Shown: piece after piece, positions 39,227 through 48,058 of the stretch | Layout of the letters: the number at the start of each line of letters is the position of its first letter | Numbering within the stretch: the first letter of the stretch is position 1 | Source: an uncultured Acidobacteriota bacterium | GTDB lineage: Bacteria > Acidobacteriota > UBA6911 | Length of the DNA stretch: 64,000 bases | Direction of reading: 5' to 3' | NCBI GenBank assembly: GCA_963809485.1 | Contig: CAWEJX010000008.1 | Coordinates: forward strand, 64,001 to 128,000 | Position numbers and translations under genes: made by a program | The notes under the pieces: model-generated | The model's database searches: none | What the model was told of the DNA's origin: nothing | The model's input: only the letters and a program-made list of their open reading frames with translations

Positions 39227-40111
39227 ATGCCGACCGCAAAAAAAATTCTCAAGATGGGGATGCCCAAAGGGAGTCTTCAGGAATCGACGATGGAACTGTT
39301 TCGCAAGGCGGGCATCCGCATCAGTTCCAGCGACCGTTCCTATTTCCCATACTGCGACGACGAGCAGATTGAAGTCATGCTCATCCGCTCCCAGGAAATG
39401 GGGAAATACGTTCAGGACGGGCTGTTCGATGCCGGAATCACCGGACAGGACTGGATTCTGGAAACCGGCGCCAAGGTCAAGCAGATCTGTGAGCTAGTGT
39501 ACGGGAAATCCGGATTCAAACCCGTGCGGTGGGTATTGGCTGTGCCCGAAAACTCAAAAATACGCTCCGTGGAGGATCTCCAGGGCAAAACCGTAGCAAC
39601 AGAAATCGTCCATTATGTAAAAAAATATCTGGCCAAAAGGAAAATAAAGGCCAGGGTGGAATATTCCTGGGGTGCCACGGAGGCCAAAGCCGGAATTCTG
39701 GTGGATGCCATCGTGGAACTCACCGAAACGGGCAGGTCCCTCAAGGCCAATCAGCTTCGCATCGTGGAGGACGTCCTTTCCTCCACCACCCGCTTCATCG
39801 CCAACAGGAAAGCTTGGGAGGATCCCTGGAAAAGGGAAAAGATGGAGAACATCGCGATTCTGCTCAAAGGCGCTCTGGCGGCTGAAGGCATGGTCGGATT
39901 GAAAATGAACCTGAAAGAGAGCGATTTGCCCAGGGTCATGGATCTTCTTCCATCGCTCAAGCGCCCTACGATCAGTCCGCTTACGATCCCGGGATGGATG
40001 GCGCTTGAAGTGGTCGTGGACGAAAATGTGGTGAAACGCATGATTCCCGATCTCAAGCGGGCCGGCGCCCAAGGCATCATCGAATACCCGCTCAACAAGC
40101 TCATCGTGTAG
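39227..40111 (+). CDS. hisG: ATP phosphoribosyltransferase (long form)
   Basis: PKGSLQ, DAGITGQDW, SWGATEAK, ELTETGRSLKANQL, C-terminal regulatory domain. Confidence 0.94.
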   Translation: MPTAKKILKMGMPKGSLQESTMELFRKAGIRISSSDRSYFPYCDDEQIEVMLIRSQEMGKYVQDGLFDAGITGQDWILETGAKVKQICELVYGKSGFKPVRWVLAVPENSKIRSVEDLQGKTVATEIVHYVKKYLAKRKIKARVEYSWGATEAKAGILVDAIVELTETGRSLKANQLRIVEDVLSSTTRFIANRKAWEDPWKREKMENIAILLKGALAAEGMVGLKMNLKESDLPRVMDLLPSLKRPTISPLTIPGWMALEVVVDENVVKRMIPDLKRAGAQGIIEYPLNKLIV

Positions 40112-40126
40112 TGGCCGCCTGGTCAC

Positions 40127-40960
40127 TCATTCGCTGTATTGCAGGACCTTCGCTTTGAAGGCTTCCAGCGTCAACCTGCCGGCTTTATAATCCGTGATCC
40201 AGGATTTCTGCGCGCAAAGAACATCGTGGCGTGTGCGCGGGTTCGCCGGATCCGAAATATTCAGAGGGCCGAAATCACCCACCGCCAGCACCAGGTTGAT
40301 GTATTCGGCTGGCTTGACGGTCGTCATCGAGTCCCCATAATTAGCCAGGGTCTCAATTAAATAATCTTTTATTTGAGGCAGCCTTTCCAAATATTGTTCA
40401 CGTTTTGCCTTAAGATTCTCGGCGTTCTGCTTTGCCTTTTTCTGGAATTCATCGATTTTTTGGCGAAGAGCTTCGTTTTTGGCCGGTGGTGCGGGAGGAG
40501 CGGGTGACGCCGGAGGCGCTTCGTAGGGCTTGCCTTTCTCCTGATTTGCCCGTTTGACATTTTCTCGAGCCAGTTCGGCTGCCTGCAGCGCCACCTCGCG
40601 GGCATTTGCTTCAACCTCTTGGGTTATATTTTCAATATCCTGATAAAACTCAGGATCGAGATTAACATCAACATCGACGAATCCGGACTGGTTAAAATTC
40701 CTCAGACCGGATCGGGGTATTACAAATACCGCTCCCTGGCCCGCGAGGTAAAAGGCATTGATGTTTGAGAACCGCCACGACGAGGAAGCACGCGGCGCGG
40801 AGTCCTGTGCAGCGAAAGAAAGCGCCGTGCCGAGAATGCCCTTCATGATTGCAAGCTCTTCCTGCGCTTTCCTGAGGTCAAAGGGAGTTTTCGTCCCTTG
40901 CGCCCAGCAGAGTGTTGCCGCGCCAATAAACATGAGCATTCCTGCAAATTGCTTTTTCAT
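40127..40960 (-). CDS. Hypothetical secreted protein (coiled-coil, Pro-rich linker) co-transcribed with ECF sigma/anti-sigma
   Basis: Signal peptide MKKQFAG...CWA; ATGA overlap with the anti-sigma gene. Confidence 0.7.
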   Translation of the reverse strand: MKKQFAGMLMFIGAATLCWAQGTKTPFDLRKAQEELAIMKGILGTALSFAAQDSAPRASSSWRFSNINAFYLAGQGAVFVIPRSGLRNFNQSGFVDVDVNLDPEFYQDIENITQEVEANAREVALQAAELARENVKRANQEKGKPYEAPPASPAPPAPPAKNEALRQKIDEFQKKAKQNAENLKAKREQYLERLPQIKDYLIETLANYGDSMTTVKPAEYINLVLAVGDFGPLNISDPANPRTRHDVLCAQKSWITDYKAGRLTLEAFKAKVLQYSE

Positions 40961-41739
40961 TTCTGATCTCCATTTTGATTGAGCTTCAATTCCGCGACCT
41001 CGAGCAGCGTGCCCAGGATTTCGCTGGTCTGGCGCGACTTGATGGCGCTGTTGGCGCTGATAGCATCGAGGCGCAGATTCATGATTGCCAGATCCTGTGC
41101 CCGCTGATGGGATACTGTCTGATAGGCTGCGAAAACAATCTCCCTGGTATCCGCTCTCATGTGGTCTTCGGTTTGAGCAATTCGGCCTTTAAATCGGGAA
41201 TCCAGGCTTGTCAGTTCGCCTGCCAGCAGGTCTCGCTGCTGCCGCATTGCCAGAGCATTCGATGTATCGATTCGTGTTTGAACTTCCAGCATCCGGGTAT
41301 CGAGGATCTCGCGGTTCCGCGCTTCGGCGGCTTTCAGAATCTCTTCCTTGAGCTCCGGAATGTTTACCCTGTCGCCAAAACTCAAAGCCCATCCATCCGA
41401 ACCGGACCGTATCTGCAGGCGGGAAAATGCTGCCGCGCAAACCAGGAGAGCCAGGGCCATTGCGGCAGTGCCGAGCACCTGCCACGCCGGCCTCATCCGG
41501 CGAAAGAGCTGCCATGGAGTCAGTGTTCGTTCTTCCGGCTGCACGAAAAAGTGATGCGGGACCGGTTCGTCGCCTGCCGACTTCAGCTGTTCGAGCGCCT
41601 CGGCGTAGCTTGCCCGTTCTGTCCGGCAGTTTGCGCATTCGGCCAGATGCTCCTCGAGTCCCCGTCTTTCGTCTGCATCCATGTCTCCGAGGAAGAACCG
41701 CGCGATTTGTTTTTGATATTCGGTGCATTCGGATTTCAT
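40957..41739 (-). CDS. Zinc-finger (zf-HC2) transmembrane anti-sigma factor
   Basis: C...EEHLAECANC (HxxxCxxC), single TM, extracytoplasmic helical tail. Start ATG 41739. Confidence 0.85.
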   Translation of the reverse strand: MKSECTEYQKQIARFFLGDMDADERRGLEEHLAECANCRTERASYAEALEQLKSAGDEPVPHHFFVQPEERTLTPWQLFRRMRPAWQVLGTAAMALALLVCAAAFSRLQIRSGSDGWALSFGDRVNIPELKEEILKAAEARNREILDTRMLEVQTRIDTSNALAMRQQRDLLAGELTSLDSRFKGRIAQTEDHMRADTREIVFAAYQTVSHQRAQDLAIMNLRLDAISANSAIKSRQTSEILGTLLEVAELKLNQNGDQK

Positions 41740-41758
41740 GGTTTGGATCTCCAGCCGG

Positions 41759-42391
41759 TCAATTGCCGGCACCAAGCCTGATTTTCAGCATTTCCAGGCC
41801 TGCATATAACCGTGATTTGATGGTGCTGATTGGGGTCTCGAGGACCGCGGCAATATCCTCGAAAGTGAGTTCCTGAAAAAATTTCAGCTCGACGACCGAG
41901 CGTTGATCCGGCGGCAGATGCGAAAGCGCATCGAGCACTTTAGTTCGCCTCTCCGCCCGGATCAGTTCCCTGCTCTGCGTCTCAGGAAACCGCAGCTGCT
42001 CCGCGGCGTTGATGCCGGAATCGGCGTCATCCAGGGAAAAATGAGCCCCGGGAGGCCGATGCCGGGCCCGGTTCACGCATTGGTTCAGCGCGATCCGATA
42101 CAACCAGGTGGAAAATTTCGAGTCCTTGCGGAAGCGCCTGATGTTTTTGAATGCGAGAAGAAAAGCCTCTTGGGTCGCCTCCGCGGCCTCCTCCCTGTCC
42201 CGAAGCATTCTCAAGGCAACGTTGTAGACGGTCCGCTCCCATTTCAATACCAGGCGGTTGAACGCCAGCGCATCTCCCTTTTGGCTTGCAGCAACCCACG
42301 AGGATTCCTGCTCTGGCGAAACAGATGAGATTCCGGCATGTACTGTCATCGAATCCGCGGTCCCGGTCATCGGCCTTTTGCGCTCCGTCAT
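41759..42391 (-). CDS. ECF RNA polymerase sigma-70 factor
   Basis: GDALAFNRLV, AAEATQEAF, FSTWLYRIALN, FEDIAAVL...TIKSRL. Start 42391 or 42370. Confidence 0.92.
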   Translation of the reverse strand: MTERKRPMTGTADSMTVHAGISSVSPEQESSWVAASQKGDALAFNRLVLKWERTVYNVALRMLRDREEAAEATQEAFLLAFKNIRRFRKDSKFSTWLYRIALNQCVNRARHRPPGAHFSLDDADSGINAAEQLRFPETQSRELIRAERRTKVLDALSHLPPDQRSVVELKFFQELTFEDIAAVLETPISTIKSRLYAGLEMLKIRLGAGN

Positions 42392-42402
42392 CGTCCTATT
42401 AG

Positions 42403-42430
42403 TTGGACATTGGAATGCGGAAAATAGTCG
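42403..42430 (-). promoter_or_regulatory. Candidate ECF-type autoregulatory promoter
   Basis: Minus strand CGACTA-N16-GTCCAA immediately upstream of the sigma gene. Confidence 0.35.
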
Positions 42431-42633
42431 AACAATATTTTTGCCCCGGCACAAAATGCTGCTTGGTTTAGCTGCAATTTTATACGAGCGTCACCCGATC
42501 CCGGGAAAGCCAAAATTCCATGAATCGACCGGCGGGAAAATCCAGACCCCCTGGTTCGTGACCGACTTCAGACTGGGCCGGGGCGTGCTGGTGGATGAGT
42601 GGAAGTAACAAAGGGATGATAGCCTGCCCTTTG

Positions 42634-42691
42634 GAGTCTTCGGGCCTTTTGGGTCGACCCTGAAGGACCAACCTCAAAGGTCCGAAGACTC
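42634..42691. repeat. Long intergenic hairpin (REP-like or terminator)
   Basis: GAGTCTTCGGGCCTTT ... AAAGGTCCGAAGACTC, 16-bp stem with one G-U pair. Confidence 0.5.
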
Positions 42692-42800
42692 GATGAACCG
42701 TATATGCCCGTTGACAGATGTGGCGCAATCGGTCAACCTTTTAATTTTGCGGCACTTTGCCGGGGCAAACCGATAACCAAACTATAGGGACCGTAAAAGA

Positions 42801-44399
42801 ATGCCAGGCACAGCGGAAAACAGATATTTCTTCCGGGACGATAATTTGGACGTTGATCCAATCAGCAGGGAGAAGCCGATAAAACTGAAATTTTATGCCG
42901 GCGGACAATGGATCCAGTCCGGAGCGGGCAAATATATGCCCTGCTACAATCCATCTACTGGCGCCGTCATCGCGTACGCTCCCCAATGTTCAGCCGAAGA
43001 GGTCGATCAGACCATACGGGCGGCCGTCGAAGCCTACCCGGCCTGGTCCAACACGCCGGTGAGCAAGCGCGTCCAGGTGCTTTTCAATCTGAAAGCCTTG
43101 ATGGATAAGCACCTGGAAGAACTGACGTTCCTGCTGGCAAAAGAAATGGGCAAAAAGTGGGACGAAGCGATGGGCGACGTCCTCAAAGTCACCGAAGTTG
43201 TGGAGTACGCATGTGGCGCGCCCCACATCATGAAGGGTGATGCCCTGATGAATGTCTCGACCGGATACGACACGACCCGTTACAACCATCCCATCGGTGT
43301 GTTCGCCGGCATCGCGCCGTGGAACTTCCCCGCCATGATTCCTCAGGGCTGGATGGCGCCCATATGCATCGCGACGGGCAACTGCATGGTTCTTAAGGCG
43401 GCCAGTTTCGTCCCGCAATCCGCCATGCGCATTGCCGAACTGTGGGAGGAAGCGGGTCTTCCCCCCGGCGTGCTCAACATCATCACTGCCGGACGCAACG
43501 AAGCGGAAATTTTCCTGCGCCACCCGGACATCAAGGGCGTCTCCTTCGTGGGATCGACGAGCGTCGGGTTGCACATTTATTCCACGGCGGCGGCCAACGG
43601 GAAAAGGGTGCAGGCACTAACGGAGGCAAAAAATCACGCCCTGGTCCTGCGCGACTGCAAACTGGACCGGACGGCACAGGGAATCATCAACGCCTTCTGC
43701 GGATGCGCCGGAGAACGCTGCATGGCCTTGCCGGTGGTGGTTGTAGAAAATGCCATCGCCGATCCGCTGGTGGCGCTGCTGAAAAAATATGCGTCGGAGA
43801 TGAAGATCGGTCCGGCATACGAGAAATCCACCGACATGGGACCGCTTGTTAACCAGGGACACCTGGACTCTGTGCTCCGATGGATCGATACCGGCATCAA
43901 GGAAGGAGCCGAACTGGTGCTGGACGGACGCAACTTCAAGGCCCCGGCCGGCCATGAAAAAGGCTTTTACCTGGGCCCGACCATCTTCGACAGAGTTACG
44001 GAAGAGATGTCGATCGGGCGGGAGGAGATTTTCGGCCCCGTAGTCTGCATCAAGCGTGTCGAGGGATTCGAAGAAGGCTTGAAAATCATGAATTCCAGCC
44101 GGTTTGCCAACGGCTCGGTCATCTATACACAAAACGGCTACTATGCGCGCACATTCGCCAAGGAAACGCACGGCGGGATGGTCGGCATCAACGTAGGCAT
44201 TCCGGTTCCCCTGGGAATTTTCGGCTTTACCGGACAGAAACAGTCTTTCTTCGGCGACCTCCACATGATGGGCCGCGACGGATTTATCTTCTATACGGAA
44301 AGCAAGAATGTCACCCAGACCTATTTCCCGGAGGATAAAGAGCAGATCGGCAAAGTAGACACCTGGGACGGCACCATTACGTCCATGCCCAAATCCTAA
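42801..44399 (+). CDS. mmsA: CoA-acylating (methyl)malonate-semialdehyde dehydrogenase
   Basis: PWNFPAMIP, SFVGST, EAKNH, GCAGERCMA (catalytic Cys), EEIFGPV, GMVGINVGIPVP, SFFGDLH. Confidence 0.9.
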   Translation: MPGTAENRYFFRDDNLDVDPISREKPIKLKFYAGGQWIQSGAGKYMPCYNPSTGAVIAYAPQCSAEEVDQTIRAAVEAYPAWSNTPVSKRVQVLFNLKALMDKHLEELTFLLAKEMGKKWDEAMGDVLKVTEVVEYACGAPHIMKGDALMNVSTGYDTTRYNHPIGVFAGIAPWNFPAMIPQGWMAPICIATGNCMVLKAASFVPQSAMRIAELWEEAGLPPGVLNIITAGRNEAEIFLRHPDIKGVSFVGSTSVGLHIYSTAAANGKRVQALTEAKNHALVLRDCKLDRTAQGIINAFCGCAGERCMALPVVVVENAIADPLVALLKKYASEMKIGPAYEKSTDMGPLVNQGHLDSVLRWIDTGIKEGAELVLDGRNFKAPAGHEKGFYLGPTIFDRVTEEMSIGREEIFGPVVCIKRVEGFEEGLKIMNSSRFANGSVIYTQNGYYARTFAKETHGGMVGINVGIPVPLGIFGFTGQKQSFFGDLHMMGRDGFIFYTESKNVTQTYFPEDKEQIGKVDTWDGTITSMPKS

Positions 44400-44508
44400 C
44401 GTGGAACGTTTGAACGCTCGAACGTTGAACGCTGAGTTCTGCAGTATGGCGTTTGGTATCGCCCAAAGGGGGTGCTCATTAACGTTCAACGTTCAAACGT
44501 TCCACGTT
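44398..44508. repeat. AACGTT-heptamer cassette with a perfect 19-bp inverted repeat between convergent genes
   Basis: AACGTGGAACGTTTGAACG (44398-44416) and CGTTCAAACGTTCCACGTT (44490-44508). Confidence 0.75.
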
Positions 44509-44515
44509 CAAACCA

Positions 44516-44860
44516 CTATCCTGAGGGCGGCCGGTTGTTGGGCGGAGGCGGATTTTTCATCCCCAGGCGAAACAGTTCGCCGGTGCTCTTTCGTTTCCAG
44601 TTGACCGAGATCCTCTGGCTTGTGGGATGGAGCATGGCAATCGCGCCGGGCGCGGGACACTCCTCGACGCACCCCCCGCAGTACCAGCACTCCTCGGGAT
44701 AGAGAACAATCGGCGGTTGGCCTGCTTTGGGATTCGGCATCAGGACGTCCGTCGGGCACACCTCCACGCAGGAATAGCAGCCCGTGCACACATCCGCATC
44801 GAAAGCCACCGCCTTGTTGGGACTGGGCGGATTGGGCACCATATAGATTTTATCGCTCAT
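44516..44860 (-). CDS. AprB-like 2x[4Fe-4S] ferredoxin
   Basis: CTGCYSCVEVCP and PEECWYCGGCVEECP, with a C-terminal extension. Confidence 0.88.
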   Translation of the reverse strand: MSDKIYMVPNPPSPNKAVAFDADVCTGCYSCVEVCPTDVLMPNPKAGQPPIVLYPEECWYCGGCVEECPAPGAIAMLHPTSQRISVNWKRKSTGELFRLGMKNPPPPNNRPPSG

Positions 44861-44875
44861 CTTCGTCTCTCCTTT

Positions 44876-46888
44876 TCAAACCCGCGGCTCGCGATCGCCG
44901 CAATGCGCCCTGTAATTCTCTTCGTAAGTGGGGGCAAAAGGCGTTTTGAGAAAATAATCCAGCGGCAGTTCCCGCGCTGAAGCTTCTCCCTGCACCTGCT
45001 TCACGGCCAGCAGCTTGTTCCATTCCGGCGGATCCATTTCGGCATAATCCAGCCTGTGGAAGTCCAGGATGCCGCTGCTCGCCTTGCGCGCCAGCGAGGC
45101 GTGCATCATGGCCTCTCCAAAGTCCACCAGCGAAGAGCATTCCATCAGGCGTCCAAGTTCATGCGGATTTGAAGAAAAGGCGTCGGCCAATTCCTTCTGG
45201 CGAAGCTCTCCAAGCAGCCTCAATCCCGATTTCAAGGTCCGTTCATTTTTGTATTTGCCGCAGTAGTCCTGCATGACGCGGGCGATGGCCATATTGATTT
45301 CCTTCCAGCCAATGCCGTCCCGGTTCCGGCGCACCGAGGCATACACCCGAGCCCTTTCCGCTTCCACCTGATGGGGATCCACGATGGCCCCGGGGGCAGT
45401 CCTGGTATATTGCGCAGCTTTCCTGCCCGCATAGCGTCCCGTGGTATGGGATTCCCCATGGCATCCCCCGCCATAAGCCGCGCTGCCGGACCCTGCATAC
45501 AATCCCTCCAGCGAGGTCCGGAGATCCCAGTCCACCATGTAGCTTCCGCCGCCGGACCGTATGTGAGGCGGCGTGTTCATACCCGCCGCCCAGAAGCATG
45601 AGTTGGCATAGGCCTCGAGCGTCATAACCGGCGCCTGGAGCAGGTCCTGATCGGGATCGAAGCCGGCCTTGGTGAAAGTGTCGTAAATGGGGATTCTGGT
45701 CTTCCCTTCGCTGCCAACCATAAGGCCCCACAGAACACGACGCTCGTGTTCCGACATGCGGGTCAGATCGATGTACAGCGGCAAAACAAACTCGCCCTTG
45801 CGGATTCGTTCGGGCAGATCGAACACCGGATTGTTCTGGCGGTACTGGGGAAGATAGGCCGAAATTCCGATGCCGATGCCCAGTTGAAATTTCTGTCCCG
45901 GGCCGCAGGCAAAGCGCTGGTGTTGAGTCTGAATCGGCTGGCCGAAAGCGTCAACCCAGGGTACTTCCTTGCCGTTGGCATCCACGATGGGTGCGCCGTG
46001 ATAAGTGTTGCTGGCGTTTCCCATGCTGTAGGGCGCATAGCCGAAGCCGCTCAGCGTATTGGGCCCGGTTTTCTCCATCAGGACAAGCTCTGCCCCCGCC
46101 TTCCAGCCAATGGCATGGCCGACGCCGGCCGACGTCATGTCCGACATGGAAGCGGAAGCCGTCAGCTCCGGCAGGCACTGGAACAGGCGGCCGGCCCCGC
46201 CGGTTGCCACGACGGTAGCCTTGGCCTTGAACACATAGAACTCGCCGGTGCGCGTGTTGATGCCCGTAGCGCCGACAACCCTGCCACCCTGCCTGCCTCC
46301 CTCCGTCAGCAGGCTGGTTGCGCAGATGCGGTTCTGAATATTGACGCCGAGGCGCTTCATCTCGTTGTAGATCACGGGCTTTATGTTCCATCCCCAGACA
46401 CGCAGGATGTGCCGGTTATCGTAATCGTAGGCAAACAGGAGTTTTGTTTTTTCGTCTCTGAACTCGGCTCCCTTGAACTCGTCCCGCACATCGCGGATCT
46501 GCAATCCCCAGGTTTCGCATTCCATCAGCGAATCCCAGCTCTCGTTCGTGATGATGTAACGGACATGCGCGCCGGTATAGCCCTGCATGCTGTCGTAACA
46601 GCCTTTCGTGTACTCCTCGGGAGTCACTTTGGAACAAGGATTTGTGCAAGCGCCGTGCCAGTGGTCGACACCGGCGCCGCCCGATCCGCTTCTCTTGGCG
46701 TGTCCCGCATCGGCCAGAACGACGGATGCGCCGGTCTGCGCCGCGCTGATGGCTGCGCGAACGCCGGCAACACCCCCGCCTATCACGAGCACATCCGAAG
46801 AGATTTCATTCACTTTCCCGTAGTTGACAGGATAGGGCCATTCAGGCACCTGCCCCTCACGCTGAACATACTCATGCCAGATGCTCAT
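44876..46888 (-). CDS. AprA/SdhA-superfamily FAD flavoprotein of unknown substrate
   Basis: DVLVIGGGVAG, AKATVVATGG, TSLEGLYA, C-terminal helical domain (ASLARKAS...HRLDY). GGAGG RBS. Confidence 0.85.
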   Translation of the reverse strand: MSIWHEYVQREGQVPEWPYPVNYGKVNEISSDVLVIGGGVAGVRAAISAAQTGASVVLADAGHAKRSGSGGAGVDHWHGACTNPCSKVTPEEYTKGCYDSMQGYTGAHVRYIITNESWDSLMECETWGLQIRDVRDEFKGAEFRDEKTKLLFAYDYDNRHILRVWGWNIKPVIYNEMKRLGVNIQNRICATSLLTEGGRQGGRVVGATGINTRTGEFYVFKAKATVVATGGAGRLFQCLPELTASASMSDMTSAGVGHAIGWKAGAELVLMEKTGPNTLSGFGYAPYSMGNASNTYHGAPIVDANGKEVPWVDAFGQPIQTQHQRFACGPGQKFQLGIGIGISAYLPQYRQNNPVFDLPERIRKGEFVLPLYIDLTRMSEHERRVLWGLMVGSEGKTRIPIYDTFTKAGFDPDQDLLQAPVMTLEAYANSCFWAAGMNTPPHIRSGGGSYMVDWDLRTSLEGLYAGSGSAAYGGGCHGESHTTGRYAGRKAAQYTRTAPGAIVDPHQVEAERARVYASVRRNRDGIGWKEINMAIARVMQDYCGKYKNERTLKSGLRLLGELRQKELADAFSSNPHELGRLMECSSLVDFGEAMMHASLARKASSGILDFHRLDYAEMDPPEWNKLLAVKQVQGEASARELPLDYFLKTPFAPTYEENYRAHCGDREPRV

Positions 46889-47034
46889 CGCATGTCCTCC
46901 TTCCGATTCATACCTGCGTTTGTTTCCTCTTCAATGTCAGGAGACTAACACCGGGCGGCGCCGAGTTTCAACCGGCAAAAGCGACCGGATTTACCCGTGA
47001 GGCAGCAGCAGTCCTGCAAAGGCTGAATCCAATG

Positions 47035-47074
47035 GGCGATCCACCGGCTCTGTCGGTGAGGCAGTTTCAGTTTG
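47035..47074. repeat. Isolated IS200-like end hairpin fragment
   Basis: GGCGATCCACCGGCTCTGTCGG matches the reverse complement of 1741-1762 at 20/22 positions. Confidence 0.5.
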
Positions 47075-47090
47075 GCCAATATTGTGTTTT

Positions 47091-47176
47091 AAATATCGAA
47101 TGTCGAATATCGAACCGCAGAATATGTGGCCGGACTTCGATATTCATCATTCGTAATTCGACATTCTGCGGTTCAA
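47091..47176. repeat. About 90-bp TCGAATA-heptamer inverted-repeat element, copy 2
   Basis: Reverse-complement near-copy of 37424-37515. Confidence 0.75.
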
Positions 47177-47313
47177 AAAGCTGTAAAGGTTTTTATTGCG
47201 CGCCAAACCGGTTTTGTCTTTTATCGGTTGCGATCAGGTCCGTTTGACGAACAGGACCCAAAGTTTCAGCGGTTAGGGCTGATGAATGGGATTGATGGCT
47301 TTTGGCTGAAGCC

Positions 47314-48039
47314 CTATTTGGAGCCGGGGGCCAGCAGGACCGTTTCTCCCTTATGGCTCAGCACGGCTCCGTCCGGCGTAATGCTTTCGATAAGATAAAG
47401 GCCGTTTATCGAATCCCCCTCAACATATTTCCTGCCGTCGATGAAAACCAGCCGCCCTGTTTTGGCCTCATCATAAACCAGTATGCTGAGATTCATTTTT
47501 TCGGCAGCCTCGCGAAGTGTCGCTGGTTTTGCAGCGGAAACGGCACCCGCATCCGGCACCTCGTCCTCGGCAGGTTGATCCTCTGCGTCCGGAACGGGCT
47601 GAATCTGCGCACGCGCCTTTTCGACAAGGCCTGCCTGCGGCTTCTCTCTATCAGGAACTGCGGCCGTTTCCCGGCTGGAAAGCCTGGTTCCGCGACGGCC
47701 TGAAGCGGCCTGTTGCAACGCTGCAGTATCCGCCGTTGGCGAAGTGAAAGGATCGCCGGCCGGGGCGGGAAAAACCTCGACGGGCGCCGCTTCGGGTTTA
47801 GGGGATTTGATGTTTCGTACCACGCCGGCCTGCATGGGAGCCGCCGGTTCGGAGACCGGTTTTAGGTAGCGAAAGGCAAGCACGGCCGCTATCGCAATGC
47901 CTATCACCAACGAGGCTGCAAGGATCCATGGACGGAGCTTTCGCATATTTGGGAAATCATGCACTGTCGTGAGCGTCGGCACCCGCGCGATGCCTCGCTC
48001 TCTTTCCGCCTTTTTCAACGCGTCCAGGATATACGACAT
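47314..48039 (-). CDS. General secretion pathway protein GspB/ExeB-like
   Basis: MSYILDALKKAERER, TM, Pro/Ala linker, C-terminal FIDGRKYVEGD...ITPDGAVL. Confidence 0.85.
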   Translation of the reverse strand: MSYILDALKKAERERGIARVPTLTTVHDFPNMRKLRPWILAASLVIGIAIAAVLAFRYLKPVSEPAAPMQAGVVRNIKSPKPEAAPVEVFPAPAGDPFTSPTADTAALQQAASGRRGTRLSSRETAAVPDREKPQAGLVEKARAQIQPVPDAEDQPAEDEVPDAGAVSAAKPATLREAAEKMNLSILVYDEAKTGRLVFIDGRKYVEGDSINGLYLIESITPDGAVLSHKGETVLLAPGSK

Positions 48040-48058
48040 AGCTTCCGCCTGCTCCCCT

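Noticed and set aside
44876-46888. Calling this aprA and inferring sulfate reduction
   Set aside because: The recalled AprA signature motifs are not conserved and no sat, qmo or dsr genes are present.
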